Source of the DNA: Myxococcota bacterium
Lineage (GTDB): Bacteria; Myxococcota_A; Polyangia; Polyangiales; Sandaracinaceae
Reading direction: 5' to 3'
DNA: 48,518 bases
NCBI GenBank assembly: GCA_036149055.1
Contig: JAYZQJ010000230.1
Location: 1 to 48,518, forward strand
Part shown: positions 1 to 8,615 of the stretch, one piece after another
Position numbering within the stretch: position 1 is the first letter of the stretch
Layout: the number at the start of each line of letters is the position of its first letter
The notes under the pieces: generated by a model
What the model saw: only the letters and a program-made list of their open reading frames with translations
Told to the model about the DNA's origin: nothing
Database searches by the model: none
Position numbers and translations under genes: made by a program

Positions 1-563
1 CCCCCGTGCCCCTGCCCGTGCCCGTGCCCCTGCCCGAGTCGCCCATCGAAATGGAGACCGAGCCCGAGACCGAAACCGAAACCGAGTCCGAGTCCGAGTC
101 CGAGTCCGAGTCCGAGTCCGAGTCCGAGACCGAAACCGAGCCCGAGCCCGAGCCCGAGCCCGAGTCCGAGTCCGAGTCCGAGCCCGCTCCCCTCGTCTCC
201 GCCGAGCAGGCGATGGCCGTGGCCGACGAGGCGCGGCGGGAGGGGCGGGAGAGGGAGGCGGCTTCGATCCTCGAGCGAGCGAGCCAGCTGCGGGGCGACC
301 CGGCGGCCGGGCTGGCGGCGTTCACGCTCGGGCGGCTCGAGCTGGATCGGCTGAACCGCCCGGCGCGGGCGGCGCGGGCGTTCTCCCGGGCCCTCGACCT
401 GAGCCTGCCGCCGCGGCTGCGCGAGGACGCGGCGGCCCGGCTGGTGGACGCGCACGTGGCGGCGGGGGACGAGCGCGCGGCCGCGCTCGCCGCGAACTTC
501 TACCTGCGCGACTACCCCAACGGCCGACACCGCGCGCGGGTCCGGCCCCACGCCGGGCCCTGA
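1..563 (+). CDS. Partial (5' end outside window) protein with Pro/Glu/Ser linker and C-terminal TPR-like helical domain; resembles C-termini of myxobacterial FecR-like anti-sigma factors
   Basis: Frame open from window start; (ES/ET/EP)n linker, then AAFTLGRLELD...EDAAARLVDAH...YLRDYPNG TPR-like motifs; stop overlaps next ATG (TGATG). Confidence 0.6.
   Translation, partial: PVPLPVPVPLPESPIEMETEPETETETESESESESESESESETETEPEPEPEPESESESEPAPLVSAEQAMAVADEARREGREREAASILERASQLRGDPAAGLAAFTLGRLELDRLNRPARAARAFSRALDLSLPPRLREDAAARLVDAHVAAGDERAAALAANFYLRDYPNGRHRARVRPHAGP
54..186 (+). repeat. Hexamer microsatellite (GAGTCC/GAGCCC/GAAACC)n encoding ES/EP/ET repeats
   Basis: About 22 tandem hexamers seen directly. 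Confidence 0.9.
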
Positions 564-1693
564 TGCGACGCCTCGTCGCGCTCGCCGCCGCGCTGTCGTT
601 CGCCGCCGCGCTCGCCTCGCCGGCGGCGGCGCAGTCCGTCGAGCTCACCGACCCGGCCTGCGACGCGCTCCCCATCGACCGCGCGGCGACCCGCGGCATC
701 CTCGCGCTCGAGCTCGAGGTGGACGGCTGGCGACTGGTCGAGGCCGACGCCGACGCCTCGCTCTCCTGGGCCCCCGAGCGCTGCGCCGCCGGCGCGACCC
801 GCTACCGCCTCGCGCTCCGCGACCCCGACGGCCGAGTGCGAGAGGCCACCGTCGACCTCGCCGCGGTCCCCCTCGGCGCGCTCCCCCGCGCCCTGGCCCT
901 CGAGCTCGTCGGCCTCCTCCAGGAGCGCCCGCCGCCGCCGAGCCCCGCCTCGGACACGGTCTCGGACCCGGACCCGGCTTCGGACTCGGCTTCGGACTCG
1001 GACTCGGACTCGGACTCGGCGTCGGACTCGGTCTCGGACCCGGCTTCGGACTCGGCTTCGGACTCGGACTCGGACTCGGACTCGGACTCGGACCCGGACC
1101 CGGACCCGGACTCGGCTGCGGACTCGGACCCGGCTTCGGACTCGGCTCCCGACGACGACACCGAGCGATCGCAAAGCCCCCTCTGGTCCATCGAGGGCAC
1201 CCTCCGCAACACCCCGGACACCGGCGCCCTGCTCAGCGGCCTCCGCCTCGCGCTCGAGCTGGCGGTGCTCGGCGACCTCTTCGGCGCCGACCTCCCGCTC
1301 CGGCTCCGGCTCGACGTCGGCGGCACCGGCGGGCCGGCGTCGCATCAGGTGTCCCTCGCGTCCGTCGAAGGCGGCGTGACGCTCGCGATCCGGGCCACCG
1401 CCGCTCGAGAGGTCGCCGTGCGCTTCGGCCCGCGCCTCTGGCTCGGCTACGGCTGGGTGCTCTCCCTGCCGCCGCCCCCACGGGTCACCTCGTTGGCTCC
1501 GCGGACCGAGGGCATGCTGCTCGGGCTGGGGCTGTCGGTGGGGATCGACGTCGAGGTGGCTCCCGGCTTCGAGCTCCGGCTCGGGGGAGAGGTGGGCACC
1601 AACCTGGAAGGCCTGCCGCAGGGCACCCCGGCCGGCACGACCGGGTTCCTCGGCGCCTACTGGGGCCTCGATCTCGGCGTCGGCTTCCGCTGA
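563..1693 (+). CDS. Secreted hypothetical protein with Ser-Asp repeat linker and probable C-terminal beta-barrel-like region
   Basis: Signal peptide (MRRLVALAAALSFAAALASPAAAQ), SD-rich linker, alternating hydrophobic strands ending WGLDLGVGFR; translationally coupled to upstream ORF. Confidence 0.7.
   Translation: MRRLVALAAALSFAAALASPAAAQSVELTDPACDALPIDRAATRGILALELEVDGWRLVEADADASLSWAPERCAAGATRYRLALRDPDGRVREATVDLAAVPLGALPRALALELVGLLQERPPPPSPASDTVSDPDPASDSASDSDSDSDSASDSVSDPASDSASDSDSDSDSDSDPDPDPDSAADSDPASDSAPDDDTERSQSPLWSIEGTLRNTPDTGALLSGLRLALELAVLGDLFGADLPLRLRLDVGGTGGPASHQVSLASVEGGVTLAIRATAAREVAVRFGPRLWLGYGWVLSLPPPPRVTSLAPRTEGMLLGLGLSVGIDVEVAPGFELRLGGEVGTNLEGLPQGTPAGTTGFLGAYWGLDLGVGFR
950..1147 (+). 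repeat. Hexamer microsatellite (GACTCG/GCTTCG/GACCCG)n encoding SD/SA/PD repeats
   Basis: Seen directly. Confidence 0.9.
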
Positions 1694-1706
1694 ATCGGCC
1701 GTCGCC

Positions 1707-1761
1707 TTGACACGCTCGCCGTCGAGACGTACGCATGCCGCGAAACTGAGAATCAGAGTCA
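1707..1761 (+). promoter_or_regulatory. Putative sigma70 -35 (TTGACA, 1707-1712) and Fur-box-like operator (1742-1760)
   Basis: GAAACTGAGAATCAGAGTC matches the E. coli Fur consensus GATAATGATAATCATTATC at 13/19 in a very GC-rich background, directly upstream of imelysin/TonB-receptor genes; -10 is weak. Confidence 0.55.
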
Positions 1762-1783
1762 TACTTACTTCGAGGTCTCACGA

Positions 1784-3313
1784 ATGCGTTCCCTCTCCGT
1801 TCTCTGCGCCCTGAGCGCGCTCACCCTGGTGGCCTGCGACGACGGCGACCCGGATCCCGTCGACTCGGGCGTCGCCGACACCGGCGTCGTGTCCGAAGAC
1901 GCCGACGTCATGGACGAGGACTCCGGCACCGACGTGGACGCCGGCCCGGGCGAGCTGGTCGTGCCCGACACCTACGCCTTCGAGAGCCGCTTCAGCGCCG
2001 GCGAGAGCAGCATTCGCCACACCGGTCAGACCGCGCGGCACCTCCTCATCAGCGACCTGAAGGACTACGTCGGCGGCCTCACCGCCGAGGTCGACGGCGG
2101 CTTCTCGCCCGCCGCCGACGGCGACGTCACCGCGCGCCTCGAGTACTTCTTCAGCCTCGACGGGGGCGACCGCGCCGACGACCCGTTCCGGCTGAGCACC
2201 GACCCGGCCGCCCTGCAGTCGACCTACGGCGACATCTCGAGCGCCAACCTGATCGACAAGGTCGCCGGCAACGACAGCTCCACCGACCACCGCGACTGGT
2301 CGACCGAGTTCGCCGGCTGGAGCGACGCCTCGATCGCGGCCCACGGCGGCGGGATCGACAGCCCGACCAACCTCGTGCGCGCCTTCTTCGAGACCCTCGA
2401 GGAGAACGCGATCGACCGCGCGGCCGGCCGTGACCGGCTCAGCCCCGCGCTCCAGCCGCTCCCCGTGCACGTGACCGAGAGCGGCCTCGACCTGCAGCAG
2501 CTCACCGAGAAGTTTCTCCTCGGCGCGCTCGCCTTCTCGCAGGCCGCGGACGACTACACGGACGACGACACCGACGGAAAGGGCCTGCTCGTCGACAACA
2601 CCATGCCGGCCTCGGATGGCGCGCCATACACCGCGCTCGAGCACGTGTGGGACGAGGCGTGGGGCTACTACGGCGCCGCCTCCTCCTACGGCTCCTGGAC
2701 CGCCGAGAGCCTCTCGAGCGGCCCGCGCTACATGGACACCAGCGGCGACGGCGCGATCGACCTCGGCACCGAGTACAACTGGGGCGCCTCGGTCAACGCG
2801 GCCAAGCGCGACAACGGCGCCAACGTGGCCACCGACTTCATGGGCCAGTCGTTCCTCGCGTTCCGCACCGGCCGCGCGATGATCGCGCACTACGGCGAGC
2901 TCGACGCGGACGAGCGCGCGGCGCTCACCGAGCAGCGTGACCTCGCGATCCAGGCCTGGGAGCAGGCGATCGCGGCGACGGTCGTGCACTACATCAACGA
3001 CACCCTGCAGGCGATGGGCGACTTCGGGACCGCGGCGTATGATCACGACCGCTTCCTCGACCACGCCAAGGCCTGGTCGGAGATGAAGGGCTTCGCGCTG
3101 ATGTTCCAGTTCAACCCCCGCTCGCCGCTGACCCGCGAGCAGTTCGTGCAGCTCCACACCCTCATGGGCGACGCGCCGGTGCTCCCGGCCGCCGGCCCGC
3201 TGGCCGCGGACGAGTACCGCGAGAACCTGCGCGCGGCGCGCACCCTCCTCGGTGACGCCTACGGCTTCGCCGCCGAGAACCTCGGCGACGACGCCGGCGA
3301 GAACGGGTGGTGA
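1784..3313 (+). CDS. DUF4856-family lipoprotein (imelysin-related, metal-uptake associated)
   Basis: Lipobox LVAC; motifs HTGQTAR, LQQLTEKFLLGA, EHVWDEAWGYYG, HAKAWSEMKGF; context. Confidence 0.8.
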   Translation: MRSLSVLCALSALTLVACDDGDPDPVDSGVADTGVVSEDADVMDEDSGTDVDAGPGELVVPDTYAFESRFSAGESSIRHTGQTARHLLISDLKDYVGGLTAEVDGGFSPAADGDVTARLEYFFSLDGGDRADDPFRLSTDPAALQSTYGDISSANLIDKVAGNDSSTDHRDWSTEFAGWSDASIAAHGGGIDSPTNLVRAFFETLEENAIDRAAGRDRLSPALQPLPVHVTESGLDLQQLTEKFLLGALAFSQAADDYTDDDTDGKGLLVDNTMPASDGAPYTALEHVWDEAWGYYGAASSYGSWTAESLSSGPRYMDTSGDGAIDLGTEYNWGASVNAAKRDNGANVATDFMGQSFLAFRTGRAMIAHYGELDADERAALTEQRDLAIQAWEQAIAATVVHYINDTLQAMGDFGTAAYDHDRFLDHAKAWSEMKGFALMFQFNPRSPLTREQFVQLHTLMGDAPVLPAAGPLAADEYRENLRAARTLLGDAYGFAAENLGDDAGENGW

Positions 3314-3317
3314 GCCG

Positions 3318-4544
3318 ATGACGCCGCGCACCTCCCGCTCGCTGGTGGTCTTCTTCTCCGTGCTCGCGTGCTTCGTCGGCTGTGACGGCGGCGACGCGCC
3401 GGTCGACGCGTCCAGCGCGGGCGACGGCGGCTCGGAGGATCCGTCCGCCCTGCGGCGCGAGGTGCTCGGCGCCCTGGGCGAGAACGTCATCCTCCCGGCC
3501 TTGCGCGACTTCGCCGAGCAGGCGGAGGCGCTCGAGGCCGCGACCGCCGCCTACGCCGCCGACCCTTCGGCCGACAACCGCGCCGCGGCCCAGGCCGCAT
3601 GGCGTGACGCCGCCGCCTCCTGGCAGCAGGCGGAGCTGATGCAGGTCGGCCCCGCCGGCATGAGCGGCACCGGCTGCGGCGTGGTGGGCGCGATGGAGCT
3701 CCGGGACGAGATCTACTCCTGGAACCTCACCAGCACCTGCCGCATCGACCAGGAGACCGTGGCCGACGCCCACGCCGACACCGCGCTGCTCGACGCCGAG
3801 CTGGTGAACGTCCGCGGCCTCGACGCGATGGAGTACCTCCTCTTCGTCGAGACCGACGACAACACCTGCGGCGCGCTCTCGCCGATCAACGACGAGGGCA
3901 CCTGGGAGGCGGAGCGGGCCAACATCGGCCAGCGCCGCGCGACCTACGCCCACACCGCCGCGCAGCTCATCCTCGAGGAGGCGCGCGGGCTCCGCGACGC
4001 GTGGGAGCCGAGCGGCGGCGACTTCCTCGCCGACTGGCGCGGCGCCGGCACCGACGGCTCCGTTTACGACAGCTCGCAGCGCGCGCTCGACGACCTCGCG
4101 ACCGCGATGCTCTACCTCGACACGGCGACCCGCGACATGAAGGTGGGCGACCCGGCGGGCATCACCTGCATGGACGCCAGCTGCATCGACTCCCTCGAGA
4201 CGCCGTGGGCCAACCACGACAAGCAGGCCATCCTCGCCAACCTCGACGCCTTCGGGCGCCTCTTCCACGGGGAGTCGCCGGACGCGATGGGGCTCGGGAT
4301 CGACGACCTCCTGCTCGCGGTCGGCGCGGACACCCTGGTGGCGGATCTGAGCGCCGCCCTCGCCGCCGCGGTCACCGCGGTGGAGGCCATCCCGGGCACG
4401 CTGCGCGAGGCCATCGAGGCCGACGCGCCCGAGATCACGACCGCCTACGATGCGCTGGGCACCGCGCAGCGGCTCTTCAAGGTGGACGTGGTGACGGCGC
4501 TCGACATCGACGTGCAGTCCTGCACCCCGGGTGACAACGACTGA
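3318..4544 (+). CDS. Imelysin-family lipoprotein
   Basis: ATG at 3318, lipobox FVGC; AQAAWRDAAASWQQAE and NVRGLDAMEYLLF (GxxxxE) motifs. Confidence 0.85.
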   Translation: MTPRTSRSLVVFFSVLACFVGCDGGDAPVDASSAGDGGSEDPSALRREVLGALGENVILPALRDFAEQAEALEAATAAYAADPSADNRAAAQAAWRDAAASWQQAELMQVGPAGMSGTGCGVVGAMELRDEIYSWNLTSTCRIDQETVADAHADTALLDAELVNVRGLDAMEYLLFVETDDNTCGALSPINDEGTWEAERANIGQRRATYAHTAAQLILEEARGLRDAWEPSGGDFLADWRGAGTDGSVYDSSQRALDDLATAMLYLDTATRDMKVGDPAGITCMDASCIDSLETPWANHDKQAILANLDAFGRLFHGESPDAMGLGIDDLLLAVGADTLVADLSAALAAAVTAVEAIPGTLREAIEADAPEITTAYDALGTAQRLFKVDVVTALDIDVQSCTPGDND

Positions 4545-4546
4545 CG

Positions 4547-5914
4547 ATGCGCGACCTGCGGGCGCGCCTGAACGACCCTCGCGACGCCGCCTCCGTGGCG
4601 GCGTTTCGCGTGATGTTCGGGCTCGTGATCGCGGGCGGGGTGATCCGCTACTTCGCGAGCGGCTGGATCGATCGCTTCTACGTCCAGCCCACCTTCCACT
4701 TCCACTACCTCGGGTTCGAGTGGGTGCGGCCCCTGCCCGAGCCGTGGATGAGCGCCGCCTTCGGGCTGCTCGGCGTCGCCGGGCTCTGCGTGGCGCTCGG
4801 GCTCTTCTACCGGGTCGCGTCGGCGCTGGTGCTGGTGGTGTTCACCTATCTGCACCTCATCGACGTGACCAACTACCTGAACCACTACTGGTTGGTCACG
4901 CTCCTCGCGGCGCTCTTCTGCCTGCTGCCGCTGAACGGGACGTGGTCCCTCGACGCCCGCCTGCGCCCCTCGCTGCGCCGGAGCACGGTGCCGGCGTGGG
5001 TGCTCTACCTGCTGCGCTTCCAGGTGGGGCTCGTCTACGTCTTCGCTGCCCTCGCCAAGATCGGGCCCGACTGGCTCCTGCACGGTCAGCCGCTCGGGAT
5101 CTGGCTGCACGCGCGCACCGAGACGCCGGTGATCGGGCCGCTGCTCGGCCAGCCCTGGGTGGCGCTGGCGATGAGCTGGGCGGGGCTCTTCTACGACCTG
5201 ACCATCGTCTTCTGGCTCAGCTGGCGCCGGAGCCGCCCCTTCGCCTTCGCCGCGGTGTGCTTCTTCCACGGCCTCACCGGCTACTTCTTCTTCATCGGCA
5301 TCTTCCCGGTGATCATGACCGCCGCCGCGACGCTGTTCTTCGCGCCCGACTGGCCCCGCAAGCTGCACGCGCGGCTGCGGCGGGTGGACCTCGAGCCCGA
5401 CGACCGGAGCCGGATCGGCCGCGCGGGGATGGCCGCCCTGGCGGTCTGGGGGCTGGTGATGGTGGCGGTGCCGCTCCGCGGTCACCTCTACGGCGGCGAC
5501 GTGCTCTGGCACGAGCAGGGCATGCGCTGGAGCTGGCGGGTGAAGGTCCGCGAGAAGAACGGCGACGTGACCTATCGGGTGCGCCTCGACGGCGAGCGCC
5601 GCGAGCGGGAGGTGCGCCCGAGCCGCTACCTCGACGGCCGGCAGGAGGCGGAGTTCGCGGGCCAGCCCGACCTCATCCTCCAGCTGGCCCATCACATCCG
5701 CGACGAGCTCCGCGCCCGAGGCCACACCCGGGTCGAGGTCCGGGCCGACGCCTGGGCCTCGCTCAACGGCCGCCCCTCGGCGCGCCTGATCGATCCGACG
5801 GTCGATCTGGCGGCCGTCGAGGACGGCTTCGCGCCCGCCGACTGGATCCTCCCCCGCCCCGACACCCGACCTCTCCCCATGCGCCGGCGCCGCCCGGCGG
5901 TCGCCCGCCACTGA
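4547..5914 (+). CDS. HTTM-domain, vitamin K-dependent gamma-carboxylase-like membrane protein
   Basis: SVAAFRVMFG, YLNHYWL, VYVFAALAKIGPDWL, FIGIFP, WSWRVKVREK, QPDLILQLAHHI, ASLNGRP motifs; multiple TM helices. Confidence 0.88.
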   Translation: MRDLRARLNDPRDAASVAAFRVMFGLVIAGGVIRYFASGWIDRFYVQPTFHFHYLGFEWVRPLPEPWMSAAFGLLGVAGLCVALGLFYRVASALVLVVFTYLHLIDVTNYLNHYWLVTLLAALFCLLPLNGTWSLDARLRPSLRRSTVPAWVLYLLRFQVGLVYVFAALAKIGPDWLLHGQPLGIWLHARTETPVIGPLLGQPWVALAMSWAGLFYDLTIVFWLSWRRSRPFAFAAVCFFHGLTGYFFFIGIFPVIMTAAATLFFAPDWPRKLHARLRRVDLEPDDRSRIGRAGMAALAVWGLVMVAVPLRGHLYGGDVLWHEQGMRWSWRVKVREKNGDVTYRVRLDGERREREVRPSRYLDGRQEAEFAGQPDLILQLAHHIRDELRARGHTRVEVRADAWASLNGRPSARLIDPTVDLAAVEDGFAPADWILPRPDTRPLPMRRRRPAVARH

Positions 5915-5933
5915 CCTGCCACCGAGGAGCGCC

Positions 5934-8600
5934 ATGACGAAGAGCTTGCGTCCGCCCCACGCGCGGGCATGTTGCGCCCCCGTGCGCGCCTTCGCCTCGA
6001 TCGTGCTCGTCCTCCTGGCCGTCGCCGCCCCCGCCGCGGCGCAGGACGCCGGCTCCCCCGACGCGGGCGTGCCCGACGCCGGCTCCCCCGACGCCGGCTC
6101 CCCCGACGCTGGCTCCCCCGGCGCCGCCCCGCCCGACGCCGGCCCCCCGGCGCCCCAGGACGCGGACGCGGCCCCGGCCCCGGACTCGGACTCGGACTCG
6201 GCTTCGGACTCGGCTTCGGACTCGGCTTCGGACTCGGCTTCGGACTCGGCTTCGGACTCGGCTTCGGACTCGGCTTCGGACCCGGACTCGGCTTCGGACT
6301 CGGCTTCGGACTCGGCTTCGGACCCGGACTCCGACCCGGCGACGGACGACCTCGTGCTCAGCGACGACGACGTCCTCCTCAGCGACGACGACGTGCTCGT
6401 CGATCCCGACCTCGACGACGTCGTCGAGTCCGAGGAGGACCTCACCGTCCCCGACGTCGTCGTCACCGCGCCCGCCATCGACCGGACCGAGCAGGAGCCC
6501 ACCGGCGGCGCCGTGCAGCGGCTCGACGAGGAGCAGCTGGAGCGCTTCTCCTACGACAACCCGGACGCGGTCGTGCAGCAGGTGCCCGGCGCGTACGTGC
6601 GCCAGGAGGACGGCTTCGGGCTGCGCCCGAACATCGGCCTGCGCGGCGTGAGCAGCGAGCGCTCCAGCCGGATCACGCTGATGGAGGACGGCGTCCTCTT
6701 CGGCCCCGCGCCCTACGCCGCGCCGGCCGCCTACTACTTCCCGCTGATGCTGCGCATGACCGGCGTCGACGTCTACATGGGCGCGGCGACCATCCCCTTC
6801 GGCCCCACCACCGTCGGCGGCGCGATCGACCTCCACAACCGCCCGATCCCGCGGGAGGCGACCGGCGGCCTGGACCTCGCGGTCGGCCTCTACAACTACG
6901 GCCGGGCGCACGCGTGGGCGGGCGCGAGCAACGACTGGGGCGGCTTCGCGGTGGAGGGCGTGTTCCTCCGGACCGACGGCTTCAAGACCCTCCAGGGCCT
7001 CCAGCGCCCGCCCGACACCGGCTTCGACCGCGGCGAGCTCCTGCTCCGCGGCGAGCTGCGCGGCGCCCTCGGCGACAACGCCTACCAGCGCCTCGAGCTG
7101 CGCTTCGGCTTCAGCGCCGAGGGCAGCAGCGAGAGCTACCTCGGGCTGACCGACGCCGACTTCCAGGCCGACCCCTACCAGCGCTACTTCGCGTCCCAGC
7201 TCGACCGCATGGAGTGGTGGCGCACCCAGGTGCAGCTCCGGCACACGCTCGAGGTGGGCGACGACTTCGTGCTCCGGAGCACCGCGTACCGGCACGACCT
7301 CGACCGCAACTGGTTCAAGGTCAACGCGATGGGCGGCCTCCCGCGGGAGGGCGGCGGGCAGACCCGGACCGAGCTGTTCGACGTGCTCATCAACCCGAGC
7401 GGCGGCAACGCCGTCCTGGTCGCGATCCTCCGGGGCGAGGAGGACGGGGAGCTCGGCCCGGCCTCCGACGACTACGTGCTCATCGGCAACAACGGCCGCG
7501 TCTTCGGCAGCACCGGCGTCCAGACCGAGGGCGTCGGCACCTTCGAGACCGGGCCCCTCTCGCACCGCGTGCGCATCGGCGCGCGCCTGCACCACGACGA
7601 CGTGCGCCGGCACCACACCGAGCGCGCGTACGGGGTGGCCGGCGGCGACCTGATCGAGGTGACCGACCAGCCCTACACGCTCCTCCGCAGCCAGGCCCAG
7701 GCGCTGGCGTTCAGCGCGCACGCCGCGTGGTCGGTCGAGCTCTGGGACGCGGTCACCGTCACCCCGGGCGTGCGCACCGAGCTCATCTGGACGAGCTACG
7801 ACGACGTCGAGGGGGGGACCTCCTCGTCGGCGTTCCGGGCCGCGGTGCTGCCGGGCGCGGGCATCGAGTGGGCCATCCTCGAGGAGCTGGCCGTCTTCGG
7901 CGGGGTGATGCGCGGGTTCGCGCCGGTGGCGCCCGGTCAGGCCGAGAACGTGCAGCCCGAGGACAGCGTGCTCTACGAGGCGGGCCTCCGGGCGTCGCAC
8001 GAAGAGACCGGGCTCGGCGGCCAGATCACCGGCTTCGTGAACGACTACTCCCGGTTCCTCCAGCGCTGCTCCTTCGCGGCCGGCTGCGCCGACATGGACC
8101 TGGACCTGGAGTCCAACGGCGGCCGCCCGATCGTGGCCGGGCTCGACGTGCGCCTCGGCGCGAACATCCGCGCGGGCGAGGTCCGGGTGCCGCTGCGCGC
8201 GACCTACACGTTCACCTACAGCGAGCTCCGCGAGGCGGTCGGCGACTCGCCGAGCCCGCTCTACGCCGGCGGTCAGCCCGGCGACCGGCTGCCCTACATC
8301 CCCGAGCACCAGATCTCGGCGCAGGCCGGCCTCGAGCACGACGACATCGGCCTCAACGTCTCGGCCAGCTGGGTCAGCGAGATGTGGGAGCAGGTGGCGG
8401 CGCCGGGCGACGAGCTGCCCCGGACCGACGCCTACTTCGTGCTCGACGCGACGGTCTACGTCGGCCTGCTGGAGCACCTCCGGCTCTACGTGCGCGGCGA
8501 GAACCTGACCTTCAGCCAGGCCGTCGCCTCGCGTCGCCCCTTCGGCGCGCGCCCGGTCCGCCCCTTCCAGATCCAGGGCGGCCTCAAAGTGGAATTCTGA
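5934..8600 (+). CDS. TonB-dependent receptor, FecA-like, with long acidic N-terminal extension
   Basis: Plug motifs YVRQEDGFGLRPNIGLRG, LMEDGVLFGPAPYAAPAAYYFP, GPTTVGGAI; C-terminal ENLT...GGLKVEF ending in Phe. Confidence 0.92.
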   Translation: MTKSLRPPHARACCAPVRAFASIVLVLLAVAAPAAAQDAGSPDAGVPDAGSPDAGSPDAGSPGAAPPDAGPPAPQDADAAPAPDSDSDSASDSASDSASDSASDSASDSASDSASDPDSASDSASDSASDPDSDPATDDLVLSDDDVLLSDDDVLVDPDLDDVVESEEDLTVPDVVVTAPAIDRTEQEPTGGAVQRLDEEQLERFSYDNPDAVVQQVPGAYVRQEDGFGLRPNIGLRGVSSERSSRITLMEDGVLFGPAPYAAPAAYYFPLMLRMTGVDVYMGAATIPFGPTTVGGAIDLHNRPIPREATGGLDLAVGLYNYGRAHAWAGASNDWGGFAVEGVFLRTDGFKTLQGLQRPPDTGFDRGELLLRGELRGALGDNAYQRLELRFGFSAEGSSESYLGLTDADFQADPYQRYFASQLDRMEWWRTQVQLRHTLEVGDDFVLRSTAYRHDLDRNWFKVNAMGGLPREGGGQTRTELFDVLINPSGGNAVLVAILRGEEDGELGPASDDYVLIGNNGRVFGSTGVQTEGVGTFETGPLSHRVRIGARLHHDDVRRHHTERAYGVAGGDLIEVTDQPYTLLRSQAQALAFSAHAAWSVELWDAVTVTPGVRTELIWTSYDDVEGGTSSSAFRAAVLPGAGIEWAILEELAVFGGVMRGFAPVAPGQAENVQPEDSVLYEAGLRASHEETGLGGQITGFVNDYSRFLQRCSFAAGCADMDLDLESNGGRPIVAGLDVRLGANIRAGEVRVPLRATYTFTYSELREAVGDSPSPLYAGGQPGDRLPYIPEHQISAQAGLEHDDIGLNVSASWVSEMWEQVAAPGDELPRTDAYFVLDATVYVGLLEHLRLYVRGENLTFSQAVASRRPFGARPVRPFQIQGGLKVEF
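6045..6340 (+). repeat. 15-bp (DAGSP)n repeat followed by 12/6-bp (DSAS/DS)n repeat within the receptor N-terminus
   Basis: GACGCCGGCTCCCCC units, then GACTCGGCTTCG units, seen directly. Confidence 0.9.
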
Positions 8601-8615
8601 GCCTATGTCGGTGCG

